A stretch of 64,000 bases of DNA from the NCBI GenBank assembly GCA_965261395.1, contig OZ253462.1:288001-352000 (forward strand), read 5' to 3'. A program made the translations under genes and the position numbers. The notes beneath the pieces were generated by a model. That model ran no database searches and had not been told where the DNA came from. It saw nothing but the letters and a program-made list of their open reading frames with translations. This document shows, one piece after another, positions 18,207-27,551 of this stretch; position 1 is the stretch's first letter, and every line of letters starts with the position of its first letter. This DNA is from Candidatus Latescibacterota bacterium (GTDB lineage: Bacteria > Latescibacterota > UBA2968 > UBA8231).

Positions 18207-20540
18207 ATGGTATCAAGAGACGCCCTAGTTGTCGGGGCCTTGCTGCACGATATAGGCAAATTTGAATTCAGGACATCGGACCGACGTACGCGCCACACCA
18301 CCTACGGGGATTTTTTTGTAGGCAAGTATCTGAGTCGTTTCCGCTGCTTGGAACCGATTCGGGAGGAGGTTCGCCGGTTGGTCGCCCATCACCACGATAG
18401 TGAGTTGGGTGATCCCTTTCTGCGGGAGGCCGACCATCTAGCGGCGGCGGATCGGCAGGTGGACGGCAGTCCCGAGACCCTGCGGTCGCTGGTGAGTATC
18501 CTGACCGCCGTGAACATTGGGAAGGGATCCTCACCACAGGATGTGCATCGGTATGCGCCGGGGCCGGTGGATTTTGCCAACCCCTTTCCCGAACACGTAT
18601 CAGGGGTCACGCCCGTCGAGTGGAAGCCCGACCGGGACCAAGCGCGAGACGAGCACGCCCGCGCTTGGGAGCAATTTTGCGCCGAGATCGGCACAATGCC
18701 CGATGGCGAGTTGGCGAGTTGGATTGAGACGTTCTTGGCGGTGGCTCGCAAGCATCTGAGTCGCGTGGCCTCGGCTGCCTACAAATCGCATCCAGATATT
18801 TCGCTCTACGATCACGCCCGCTCGGTGGCCGCCATTGCGGTGTGCCTACACGAGGCACATCAGCAAGCGGAGCCTTTCCTATTGATTCAGGGGGATATAT
18901 CGGGCGTTCAGTCCTTTCTCTATAAACTGGCTAGCCCAGCCGAAGAGGGAGGGACGAAAAATACCGCCAAGCGTTTACGGGGACGGTCGCTATTTCTAGT
19001 GCTACTAGCCGAGACCGTAGCACGTTATTACTTGCGTAAATTGAATTTGCCTCCGACCAACCTGCTGTACTGTGGCGGGGGGCACTTTTCGATCCTTGCG
19101 CCCCATACTGACGAGCTGAAAACCAAGCTGGCCGAGGCCGAAGAGCAGGTCAACCGCTGGTTGATCGACCAGCACCGGGGCGATCTGGCACTAGTGAGCG
19201 CAGCCACCTCGGCCGATAAGGAGTTGCTGGCCAATTTCCCTCGTTTGATGCAGCAATCGGGCTACGAGCTGGGCCGGGCCAAGCGGCAGAAATTCCGCTC
19301 CGTACTGGATGAGCGACTGTTCGCGTTGCCGGACTATGACCAGACCATGGACGTCTGCCCGGTATGCCAAGCTGATTTCGTCAAAGGCTCCGGGAAGACC
19401 TGTATGACCTGTAAACAACATGTGGAGACCGGGAGCCAAATCGTCCGGGCAGAGTTCTTGGTGCGGTTTGAAGGGGAAAATTTGGACGGGGAATTCGCCC
19501 AATTAGGTTTTGCTTGGGAATTGGCTGCCGACTGGAAAGAGGTTGTCCAGCTAGTAGGGGAAACCCCAGCCGAGCGCGTACATGTGGAACGGCTCAACCG
19601 CAGTGATTTCCTGACTCAGGCCGGCGCGGCCTTGGGTACGCGACATAGCCTCAGCTTCGGGTTCCGGCCACTCGGCCAGTACGCCCCCATTGACGAGCAA
19701 GAGAAGGGGCCGCTGGACTTTGAACACTTGGCCCAAATCAATAGTGAAAAATACCCGCTATTGGGAGTGGTACGCCTCGATGTCGATGCGCTGGGCGCAG
19801 TATTCGCTTCGGGGTTGGGGGAACAGCGATCTCTATCGCGCACAGCCACTTTGAGCCGCGAATTGGAGACCTTCTTCTCTGGCTATGTCAACACCTTGGC
19901 CAAAGATCATTATATGTACATCACCTACGCCGGAGGCGACGACCTGTTCGCCGTAGGCTCTTGGATCAACGCCCTTGAATTCAGTCGCGCCTTGCGGCGG
20001 GACTTTGGTCAGTTCAGCGGTGGCAATCCCAATCTGACCTTTTCCGGCGGTCTGTTTTTTTGCAAGCCGGATTTCCCCATCGGACGGGCTGCCGAAGCCG
20101 CTGGCAAACTGGAGAAGCGGGCCAAGGATTTCCCAGACAAGAATGCCGCCTGCCTGTTTGACGAAGAGGTCTCTTGGGAACGGCTCGACAAGTTGCTCGC
20201 CTTTGGCGACGAACTACTGTACTTGGTGACCGAAGCGGACCCAAACAACCGCTTGCCCCGCTCGTTTGTGCATCGTCTGTTGAGCTTGGGAGCCGAGCGC
20301 CGGTTGGCCCAAGAAGAAGGAAAATTAAAAGCCGAAATAAAAACTCAAATACAGCTCAAATATCTCGTAGCCCGACGCGGGGCCACCAGCAAGGCGATCA
20401 GCGACAATCAGGAGATGGAGGCAGACCGACGCAGAATAGGTGCCTTGGGACGACTGGTCAACGAGCCGGAATTGATGCGCCAGATCGCCGTACCTGCATC
20501 ATACGTACTGTACAAGACGCGAAACCTCAACACAGAGTAG
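18207..20540 (+). CDS. cas10: Type III-A Cas10/Csm1
   Basis: LLHDIGK HD motif, DISLYDH, GDISGVQ, CPVC/CMTC zinc finger, YAGGDDL palm motif (GGDD at 19932-19943). Confidence 0.97.
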   Translation: MVSRDALVVGALLHDIGKFEFRTSDRRTRHTTYGDFFVGKYLSRFRCLEPIREEVRRLVAHHHDSELGDPFLREADHLAAADRQVDGSPETLRSLVSILTAVNIGKGSSPQDVHRYAPGPVDFANPFPEHVSGVTPVEWKPDRDQARDEHARAWEQFCAEIGTMPDGELASWIETFLAVARKHLSRVASAAYKSHPDISLYDHARSVAAIAVCLHEAHQQAEPFLLIQGDISGVQSFLYKLASPAEEGGTKNTAKRLRGRSLFLVLLAETVARYYLRKLNLPPTNLLYCGGGHFSILAPHTDELKTKLAEAEEQVNRWLIDQHRGDLALVSAATSADKELLANFPRLMQQSGYELGRAKRQKFRSVLDERLFALPDYDQTMDVCPVCQADFVKGSGKTCMTCKQHVETGSQIVRAEFLVRFEGENLDGEFAQLGFAWELAADWKEVVQLVGETPAERVHVERLNRSDFLTQAGAALGTRHSLSFGFRPLGQYAPIDEQEKGPLDFEHLAQINSEKYPLLGVVRLDVDALGAVFASGLGEQRSLSRTATLSRELETFFSGYVNTLAKDHYMYITYAGGDDLFAVGSWINALEFSRALRRDFGQFSGGNPNLTFSGGLFFCKPDFPIGRAAEAAGKLEKRAKDFPDKNAACLFDEEVSWERLDKLLAFGDELLYLVTEADPNNRLPRSFVHRLLSLGAERRLAQEEGKLKAEIKTQIQLKYLVARRGATSKAISDNQEMEADRRRIGALGRLVNEPELMRQIAVPASYVLYKTRNLNTE

Positions 20541-20549
20541 GAGACCATC

Positions 20550-21008
20550 ATGGCTAACGAACACAGAGGAAGTGGGGGTGGAGGAGCCGACCGTCGGAGG
20601 GACCAGACCACCAGGGCTAACAAACAGCCCATTAATTTGGGCACCATTACTCCCCAGGAACTGAACCGCCGGGGTGAAGAGTTGGGCAAGGAACTGGCAA
20701 GGAACATTAAGGCCAACCAGATCCGCAATATCTACGGTGCGGTCCAGCACATTCGCGTCCGCGCGAGTCGGCCCCAACCCGATACCGAAGATATCAATCG
20801 CCGCCTGATCTTCCTCAAGCCAAAACTGGCCTATGCCAGTGGTCGGCAAAATAATTTGAGGGGCTTACGGGATGTATTGGTGGAGGCGATTGATAGCGTA
20901 GTACGAAGCGAAGACCCCCAAAAAGCGCAAAAAGCGCGGGATAACTTTTTCATCCTGATGGAATCTATCGTGGCCTACCACAAATTCTACGGCGGCAAAG
21001 ATTCGTAA
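20550..21008 (+). CDS. csm2: Type III-A small subunit Csm2
   Basis: NQIRNIY, LKPKLAYASGR, ESIVAYHKF. Confidence 0.95.
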   Translation: MANEHRGSGGGGADRRRDQTTRANKQPINLGTITPQELNRRGEELGKELARNIKANQIRNIYGAVQHIRVRASRPQPDTEDINRRLIFLKPKLAYASGRQNNLRGLRDVLVEAIDSVVRSEDPQKAQKARDNFFILMESIVAYHKFYGGKDS

Positions 21009-21030
21009 ACCATAGGAGAACAGTACCATT

Positions 21031-21852
21031 ATGGCTCAATTTATTGGCAATATCATTATGCGCGGCAAAATCGAGTGCCTCACCGGTCTGCACATTGGGG
21101 CGGGCAAGGACACTGCCGAGATCGGCGGAGTCGATAGCCCGGTAGTGCGCGACCCCCATAGCCGCCGGCCCTATATCCCTGGCTCTTCCCTCAAAGGCAA
21201 GATGCGTTCCATGCTGGAGTTCGCTACGGGCAAAGTGAAGGATGGCAAGGTGCATACTTGTAACGAGGCCCGCTGCGAGGTGTGTCGGCCTTTTGGGTCG
21301 TCGGCCGCAGATGCGCGCAAATGCGGTCCCACGCGGCTGTTGGTAAGGGACGCCTATCCCGACGAGCAGACCCAAAGCATGTGGGAGAATCTGAGTACCG
21401 ACTTACTCTACGCGGAGATGAAATCGGAAAACTTTTTGGATCGCATCACTTCGGCGGCCAATCCCCGTTTCATCGAGCGGGTGGTCAAGGGATCGTGCTT
21501 CAATTTGGAAATGATCTATGGAGTCTATCAGGTGGACGGCGTCAACGACCTCGACTTTTTCGCCCATGTAGTGACCGCGCTGCGCCTGCTTGAAGACGGC
21601 ACCTTGGGCGGCAACGGCAGCCGAGGCTACGGCCAGATACGCCTGAAGCTGGCCGACCCTGTTTTCTTAAGTGGGCAAGACTACTGCGAAGGTAGCGATG
21701 CCTGGAAACAAGCCCGTCAGTGGCCAGCCGACGAAGCCATTGTGCGGGGCATGGGTGACTTCTCGTTGAACCGAGAGGATGCTACCTGCCAATCATGGGA
21801 TGAGATAATGAAGTCGCCAGAGGACGAGGTGGGCAAAGAGGGGCATGGATGA
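21031..21852 (+). CDS. csm3: Type III-A backbone RAMP Csm3
   Basis: TGLHIG, IGGVDSPVVRDP (catalytic Asp present), PYIPGSSLKGKMRS, LGGNGSRGYG. Confidence 0.95.
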   Translation: MAQFIGNIIMRGKIECLTGLHIGAGKDTAEIGGVDSPVVRDPHSRRPYIPGSSLKGKMRSMLEFATGKVKDGKVHTCNEARCEVCRPFGSSAADARKCGPTRLLVRDAYPDEQTQSMWENLSTDLLYAEMKSENFLDRITSAANPRFIERVVKGSCFNLEMIYGVYQVDGVNDLDFFAHVVTALRLLEDGTLGGNGSRGYGQIRLKLADPVFLSGQDYCEGSDAWKQARQWPADEAIVRGMGDFSLNREDATCQSWDEIMKSPEDEVGKEGHG

Positions 21853-22814
21853 AAGCGATCTATCTGCAATCCCGAGGGGCCTATCGCAACGAGCTGCATT
21901 CGGACACCCTATTCGGACTGATTTGCTGGGCGATCCGTCAGGTCTTTTCGGAGGCGAGGTTGGTGGAGTTGCTAAAAGCCTTTTATGCTGGCCAGCCCCC
22001 CTTCCTGCTTAGCTCAGCTTTCCCCTGCGCCAAAGACGGCACCGCCGTCTGGAAGCCCTTTTTGCCTCGTCCGTTGCTTCCACCTCCGGCGCCTGTGGAA
22101 GATCTGAGCCCCGAAGAAGCTCAGCGGCTCAAACGGTACAAGCGGCTCCGCTATATTCCCGCCGATCACTTCAATCAATTTTTGCAGGGCGACTATTCGG
22201 AGGGTTCGTATTATGAGTCCGATGTCTGGGAAAAAACTACGGTGCCGATTCCCCGGCGTACTGACCGCTTGCATGGCACCATTGATCGATTGAGCGGCAC
22301 TACCGATGGAGAGGGCACACTGTTCTCCGAGCCCGAATACCGGACGGACGGACTCTACTTCTTGCTCGACGGGGAAGAAGCCGAACTAGTGGAAAACGCG
22401 CTCCGTTTTCTGGAGGATTTCGGCTGGGGTGGAGGCAATAGCGTGGGCTATGGCCACTTTGCTGCGACCGTAGGTGAAAGCCCGCTCGCCGTCGCCGTCT
22501 CTGCGCCGGATCGCTTTATCACCCTGTCCCTGTACCATCCTCGATCCGACGAACTCGCGCATTTCAAAACTGGGGAAGCGTGGTACGAGTTGGTGGTTCG
22601 CAAGGGCAAGGTGGGCGGCCACTTCCTCCAAACGGGCGACTTTTGGAAGCGCTCGGTATTGATGTTTGCTCCCGGCTCGACCTTCCCAGCGATGGCGGAA
22701 AAGCAAGTGTACGGACGCAATCCCATTGTAAAGGGGCGGAAGGACGGGCTACCCTTCGACGTGCAGCAATTCGGCTATGCCCTTGCCGTGGGCATGAAAA
22801 CGGCCAGAGAGTAG
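21849..22814 (+). CDS. csm4: Type III-A RAMP Csm4
   Basis: HSDTLFG, LSSAFP, GWGGGNSVGYGHF, TLSLYHP, MFAPGSTF. Confidence 0.93.
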   Translation: MKAIYLQSRGAYRNELHSDTLFGLICWAIRQVFSEARLVELLKAFYAGQPPFLLSSAFPCAKDGTAVWKPFLPRPLLPPPAPVEDLSPEEAQRLKRYKRLRYIPADHFNQFLQGDYSEGSYYESDVWEKTTVPIPRRTDRLHGTIDRLSGTTDGEGTLFSEPEYRTDGLYFLLDGEEAELVENALRFLEDFGWGGGNSVGYGHFAATVGESPLAVAVSAPDRFITLSLYHPRSDELAHFKTGEAWYELVVRKGKVGGHFLQTGDFWKRSVLMFAPGSTFPAMAEKQVYGRNPIVKGRKDGLPFDVQQFGYALAVGMKTARE

Positions 22815-22819
22815 AAATT

Positions 22820-24562
22820 ATGGAACGAAGAGTGCAGTGTCTGTCGCCGGTACACATTGGCACGGGTAAGGAACTAGAACCTTTCGACTATATCGTGGAT
22901 GGCCAACGCTATATTCGCGTCCACTTGGATGCAGTCCTCGAACGGATGACGACCGAACAAGTGGACGATCTGGCTGCCTGGGTGAGCGAGCGGGCTGACC
23001 AGATGGTAGAACTGGGAAGGAAGCAAAGCGATGATATCCGGCGGGAGATGCAGCTATCGAACTTCCCCGGCGCTGATGTCGCGTTACGGGAGGCTCTTCG
23101 AACGGACTCAGCCCTAGCTCGCTACCACGGCAATAAGGGATTTGATCGCAATTTGCAGGTGCGAGAGCAGGTCAAAGATGCCGATGAGACGCCTCTCATT
23201 CCGGGCAGTTCGCTCAAGGGTGCTCTGCGTACGGCCCTCGCTTTTGCCGCTTTGGAGGAAATGGAACTGGCCGAGCGGGAGGCGTTGAGACAGTCGCTTG
23301 AACGACGACTGAACGAGAGAGGCCCTCGTCTGCAAGAACGTATCGGCCAAGAGATAGAACAGGCCGTCTTCCGCTGTGGGAAGGAGCAGAGGGGGCGCAC
23401 TAGCTATGGAGACATCCACTACGACTTGATGAGGGCAGTCTCCGTCTCGGACACGTACGATGCCCAAGCGGAATTGATCGTGCCGCAGATATACACCTTT
23501 GTCGAGTCGCGCACCCGGGAGGGAAATACCAGACTCGCCGCCCAAGCGCCGCTTATCGTCGAAGCGCACGCACCGGGCAATATCTTCAGTCTGCGTCTGC
23601 GGATTGACGGTGGTCTCCTGCGGGCGATTAGTCAGAATGGTCGCAGAGGCGAGTGGATCAACTTTGAGCAACGGGTGCAGCGGGCCTTTGGCTCTGAGGT
23701 GGCGCGGCTGTTGCCGGGAGCATCGGACGAGCAAGTGGAGCAGGCCGTGGTAGGCCGGCTCGAAGCCGCGGCGCGGAGCTTTGCCAAGGCAATCGTGTCG
23801 GCTGAACAGGGCTGGGAGGAAGCACACGGGCACAGTTCCCGCGATCTAAAGGACTTTTACAATCGGCTAGACGACCTGATAGGAAAGGGATTGGTGCCGC
23901 TGCGGTTGGGCTGGGGCAGTCACTTTATGGCCACTACTTTGTTGCTGGCGCTCAAAGAGGATGCGGGCTGGCGTCCTATACTGGAAAGGTGCTTCCGGGC
24001 GTTTGATATAGGCGTTCCTCCAGGACGACATAGAGATAGGGGCAGAGATTCGGAGCGCCAAATTGAGCTCGACGACTTCCCCCGCTCCCGTCGGCTGGTT
24101 GCGGCCGGAAGGAGGCCTGTAGCCCCCTTGGGCTGGATCGCATTAGTGCCTACAGTGGAAGAGTTGCCCGGACCGCTGGTGGAAAAGGAGCGGCTGCTCG
24201 CCCGAACTCAGGAGAGCGAACCTAGGCGAGGGGAAAGGCCACAGGCGGACAGATATAGAGATGGGCGCGGCGGGCGCAGCGAGCCGGGACCGGCTCCACG
24301 CCCCGAACGACCTCTCCCGCAGATCAAGCTTCCGAAGCCTGCCTCGAAACCGCCGCCCCGCCAAGGGTCTCGGCCGGGCGACCGAGTCAATGTGGAAATC
24401 GTGGCCAACGACAACGCTCAGGTTACGGTAAAAGTGCTGGACGGTCAGGGCGAGGAGGTGCGGTTCCGGCAGCCTTACTATCCGGGCCGACCTGGAGAAA
24501 AGAGAAAGATGAAGGTCAGAGCAGTGGACTCCCAAGGCAAGATCACGCAGGTGGCCCCTTGA
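22820..24562 (+). CDS. csm5: Type III-A RAMP Csm5 with C-terminal extension
   Basis: LSPVHIGTG, IPGSSLKGALRTA, LRLGWGS, PLGW; ATG at 22820 (the ORF track start is too far upstream). Confidence 0.92.
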   Translation: MERRVQCLSPVHIGTGKELEPFDYIVDGQRYIRVHLDAVLERMTTEQVDDLAAWVSERADQMVELGRKQSDDIRREMQLSNFPGADVALREALRTDSALARYHGNKGFDRNLQVREQVKDADETPLIPGSSLKGALRTALAFAALEEMELAEREALRQSLERRLNERGPRLQERIGQEIEQAVFRCGKEQRGRTSYGDIHYDLMRAVSVSDTYDAQAELIVPQIYTFVESRTREGNTRLAAQAPLIVEAHAPGNIFSLRLRIDGGLLRAISQNGRRGEWINFEQRVQRAFGSEVARLLPGASDEQVEQAVVGRLEAAARSFAKAIVSAEQGWEEAHGHSSRDLKDFYNRLDDLIGKGLVPLRLGWGSHFMATTLLLALKEDAGWRPILERCFRAFDIGVPPGRHRDRGRDSERQIELDDFPRSRRLVAAGRRPVAPLGWIALVPTVEELPGPLVEKERLLARTQESEPRRGERPQADRYRDGRGGRSEPGPAPRPERPLPQIKLPKPASKPPPRQGSRPGDRVNVEIVANDNAQVTVKVLDGQGEEVRFRQPYYPGRPGEKRKMKVRAVDSQGKITQVAP

Positions 24563-24579
24563 ACGGACAAAGGAAGACA

Positions 24580-24732
24580 ATGGATTATCAGCATATCATC
24601 ACCATTGAACCTGGCAAGCGCAGTGGTACGCCGTGTATTCGCGGCATGAGGATTACCGTCTATGATGTGCTTGACTATCTCGCCTCGGATATGTCCGTCG
24701 AAGAGATGAGGACGTCGGTACCACAACGCTAA
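24580..24732 (+). pseudogene. Truncated DUF433 (antitoxin-like) gene
   Basis: Translates MDYQHIITIEPGKRSGTPCIRGMRITVYDVLDYLASDMSVEEMRTSVPQR*. This is the DUF433 N-terminus without the usual C-terminal helices. AGGA RBS. Confidence 0.75.
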
Positions 24733-24813
24733 TCGAGTATCGGTATCCAACAGCAGACCTGATCGGTAGAGGGTTAAATCGAATATACACCGATCAATGA
24801 TAGGAGACTTATC

Positions 24814-25950
24814 ATGCGTTTCGTTCTGTCAACCGTTGGCACAAGCATCCTGACAAATCTCATTGATAACAGCAATCCTGACGAATCTATCTGGCGGAAT
24901 AGATTGCGGGATTCGGCGAATCTCAAACAGGGCGAACTAGAACCGGAAACTGAGACGGCGATCAATACACTTTCTGACCGGGCACTCGAAAAACTGATGC
25001 AAGATGATGCCGAAATCAACCGCCGAATTAGTGCCGAGTTGAACGGCATTTACGGTATCTACGGAAGTCAATTGCCTAAAAACAGCCCCGATGAGCACTA
25101 TCTCATCTGCACCGACACCGCACAGGGGCAGAAGACGGGCGAACTGATTGAGGATTTCCTTGGAGGGATGGGATTTAGGGTAGGAATCGTCACGCCTCCT
25201 CGGCTTTCGACACAAGATCCAGAATCCTTCACCACAGGCACGAAGGAACTCATTAAGTGGCTGGAGGACAACGTGCCGTGGCGACGTGATAGTGGCTATC
25301 GCGTGATTTTCAATCTGGTTGGCGGCTTCAAAAGTCTGCAAGGTTACATGAATACTTTCGGTGCATTTTACGCTGATGAGGTGATATACATCTTTGAGGC
25401 ACCAACCGCTGACTTAATCAAGATTCCGCGCCTGCCAATTCAGATTGACACCACCGTGGTTGAAAACCATCGGATGCAATTTGCATTGATGGATGCTGGA
25501 AAACTGTATCCGATTGAGGAACTCGAAGGTATCCCAGAAACGCTGCTTGAATTCGTAGAAGATAATGGCGTGAATTATGGGGGATTATCGGCGTGGGGAC
25601 AGTTGATCTGGAACCGAACGAAATCGGATCTATTGATAGATGCGTTATTGCCATTTCCACGATTGACATACGAGCAAGACTTCATCAACGACTGCGAGAC
25701 TTTGCACAACAAGCAACGCATTGATCTTCAAGAGACTTTAGCGAAGATCGCCGCCGTGCTCGAAGATAGCAGCGGCAACATAACACTGCTTAATAAGAGA
25801 ATTTCTGGACTGAACTTTGAAAAACTTCAAAATCTTGATATCTATACATTCCGTATTACTCTTGCCTACCGCGTCAGTTGCAAGGTTTCTAGAGATACAT
25901 TAATCCTTCGGCGCTATGGCGTTCATGACTACGTGTACCAAAATCCATAG
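24814..25950 (+). CDS. CARF (APE2256/Sso1393-like) - RelE-like effector, Cami1-like
   Basis: STVGTSILTN, SAELNG, TDT..G, NLVGGFKS, YIFE CARF motifs; C-terminal FEKLQ..IYTFRIT..YRV..LILRRYGVHD RelE-like domain. Confidence 0.85.
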   Translation: MRFVLSTVGTSILTNLIDNSNPDESIWRNRLRDSANLKQGELEPETETAINTLSDRALEKLMQDDAEINRRISAELNGIYGIYGSQLPKNSPDEHYLICTDTAQGQKTGELIEDFLGGMGFRVGIVTPPRLSTQDPESFTTGTKELIKWLEDNVPWRRDSGYRVIFNLVGGFKSLQGYMNTFGAFYADEVIYIFEAPTADLIKIPRLPIQIDTTVVENHRMQFALMDAGKLYPIEELEGIPETLLEFVEDNGVNYGGLSAWGQLIWNRTKSDLLIDALLPFPRLTYEQDFINDCETLHNKQRIDLQETLAKIAAVLEDSSGNITLLNKRISGLNFEKLQNLDIYTFRITLAYRVSCKVSRDTLILRRYGVHDYVYQNP

Positions 25951-26026
25951 GAAACATGGGTTGAACTCCAGGAGGACGCCCAGCTACGCGCCTATCGGGC
26001 ACTCGAATTTTCCAAGGGGTATCGCC

Positions 26027-27058
26027 ATGCCCACCCTGTACGTCACAGAACCCAGATCGGTCGTCCGGCGTTCGGTCGGCTCCGTCGTGGTAACGCTCAA
26101 CGAGGACCCCGACGGGCCGGGGCCACTGCCCGAACGCCAGCGGCGCTTGCTCGAAGTCGAGCCACATCGGCTGGAACTGATCGCCCTGGTAGGCCGCGTT
26201 CATATCACCGCAGACGCGCTCCAACTTTGCTTGGAGCAGGGCATTGCGGTCGCTTGGTTGCAGGCGAATGGGAATTTTATGGGCCGTCTCGTGCCGGAGT
26301 TGTCGCGCACGGCCGATCTGCGTTTGGCGCAGTTCCGCATGGCCGACGACGAGCCGCAGGCGCTGGCACTGGCTCAGACCTTTGTCGCAGCCAAGCTCCA
26401 CAATGCGGTTGGCCTGCTGACGGCTTTGCGCTCCAATCGCCGCAGCCAGCCTGCTTTGGGACGGGCCATCGGGGAACTCAGGGCCATGGCCGATACCGTG
26501 GCGCAGGCGACTAGCCGGGAGGTGCTACTGGGCTATGAGGGCGATGCGGCCCGGCGCTACTTTGCGGGGCTGCGGCTCGGTTTCACGGGTGCCATCGGCT
26601 TTGACGGCCGTGCTCGTCGGCCACCGCCGGACCCGGCCAATGCCTTGCTGTCGTTCGGCTATGTGTTGCTGGCTAATGTACTGGCGAGTCTGCTGGAGGC
26701 CTGCGGCTTCGATCCCTACTTGGGCTTTATGCACACAGTCCGTTCTGGGCGGCCCAGTTTGGCACTCGACCTTTTGGAGGAATTGCGGCATCCGGTCGTG
26801 GATCGCTTTGTGCTGCGGGTGTGCAATCGGGGACAATTGCGTCCCGAGCATTTTGAGACTGATGCCGAACGGGGCGGTGTGCGCCTCACCCGTGCAGGTA
26901 TGCGAATTTTCTTTCGCACTTGGGAAGCCTTTATGGACGCTCCACTGCCGGGGATTGGCACAGAGATGTCACCAGAAGAATTGCTTCGCCGTCAGGTTGA
27001 TCGTCTAGCGGCCCACGTGCGAGATCAAGCGCCATACCAACCCTTGCTTCTACGCTGA
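26027..27058 (+). CDS. cas1: CRISPR integrase Cas1
   Basis: LLGYEGDAARRYF, RRPPPDPANALLSFGY, DPYLGFMH, SLALDLLEELR. Confidence 0.96.
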   Translation: MPTLYVTEPRSVVRRSVGSVVVTLNEDPDGPGPLPERQRRLLEVEPHRLELIALVGRVHITADALQLCLEQGIAVAWLQANGNFMGRLVPELSRTADLRLAQFRMADDEPQALALAQTFVAAKLHNAVGLLTALRSNRRSQPALGRAIGELRAMADTVAQATSREVLLGYEGDAARRYFAGLRLGFTGAIGFDGRARRPPPDPANALLSFGYVLLANVLASLLEACGFDPYLGFMHTVRSGRPSLALDLLEELRHPVVDRFVLRVCNRGQLRPEHFETDAERGGVRLTRAGMRIFFRTWEAFMDAPLPGIGTEMSPEELLRRQVDRLAAHVRDQAPYQPLLLR

Positions 27059-27070
27059 GGAGGCTTGCCT

Positions 27071-27358
27071 ATGTCCCGCTTTGTTGTGTGCTACGATATA
27101 GCCGACAATAAACGCCGCTATAAGGTGGCCGCCTGCCTAGATGGGTATGGCGACCGCGTACAGGGCAGCGTATTCGAGTTGCGGGTCGAGCGCACCCTTC
27201 TCGACCGATGCTTAGACGAGGTATCCGGCCTGATCGATGCGGCTGAGGACAGCGTGGTCGTCTATCGCCTTTGCGCGGCCTGCGAGAAAGAGCGGGTTTA
27301 TTGGGGCGTAGGCGAACAGGTTGCCCATATTGGCGAGGAAGATGTATTTATCGCATGA
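27071..27358 (+). CDS. cas2: CRISPR-associated Cas2
   Basis: VVCYDIADNKRR, GDRVQGSVFE, DSVVVYRLC. Confidence 0.95.
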   Translation: MSRFVVCYDIADNKRRYKVAACLDGYGDRVQGSVFELRVERTLLDRCLDEVSGLIDAAEDSVVVYRLCAACEKERVYWGVGEQVAHIGEEDVFIA

Positions 27359-27551
27359 ACAGTCGTAACCTCGGATGGCCCGTCAATTTCCTTGGAGTTA
27401 CGAATTTGGCTAACCGATTGAAATTACTGCAATTCGGCATTACCTGCCGGATCGGAGACAGCCGTGATAGGTGTCGTTGGCCGCTCTGGCCATTGGGTTA
27501 CGAAAAGTGTTCCCGCAACCTATTGCAAGACAAGGAAAACTATGGCATACT
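27359..27551 (+). promoter_or_regulatory. CRISPR leader
   Basis: Non-coding region between cas2 and the first repeat, with IHF-like motifs at 27411-27423 and 27516-27528. Confidence 0.7.

Noticed and set aside
18095-18265. Short ORF (MQAEEFLSIF...) between DUF1232 and cas10
   Set aside because: No RBS, it overlaps the cas10 start out of frame, and it has no recognisable motif.
25916-26026. N-terminal extension of Cas1 (possible RT or Cas4 fusion)
   Set aside because: It is only 37 codons overlapping the upstream gene with no RT or Cas4 motifs; the likely start is ATG 26027.
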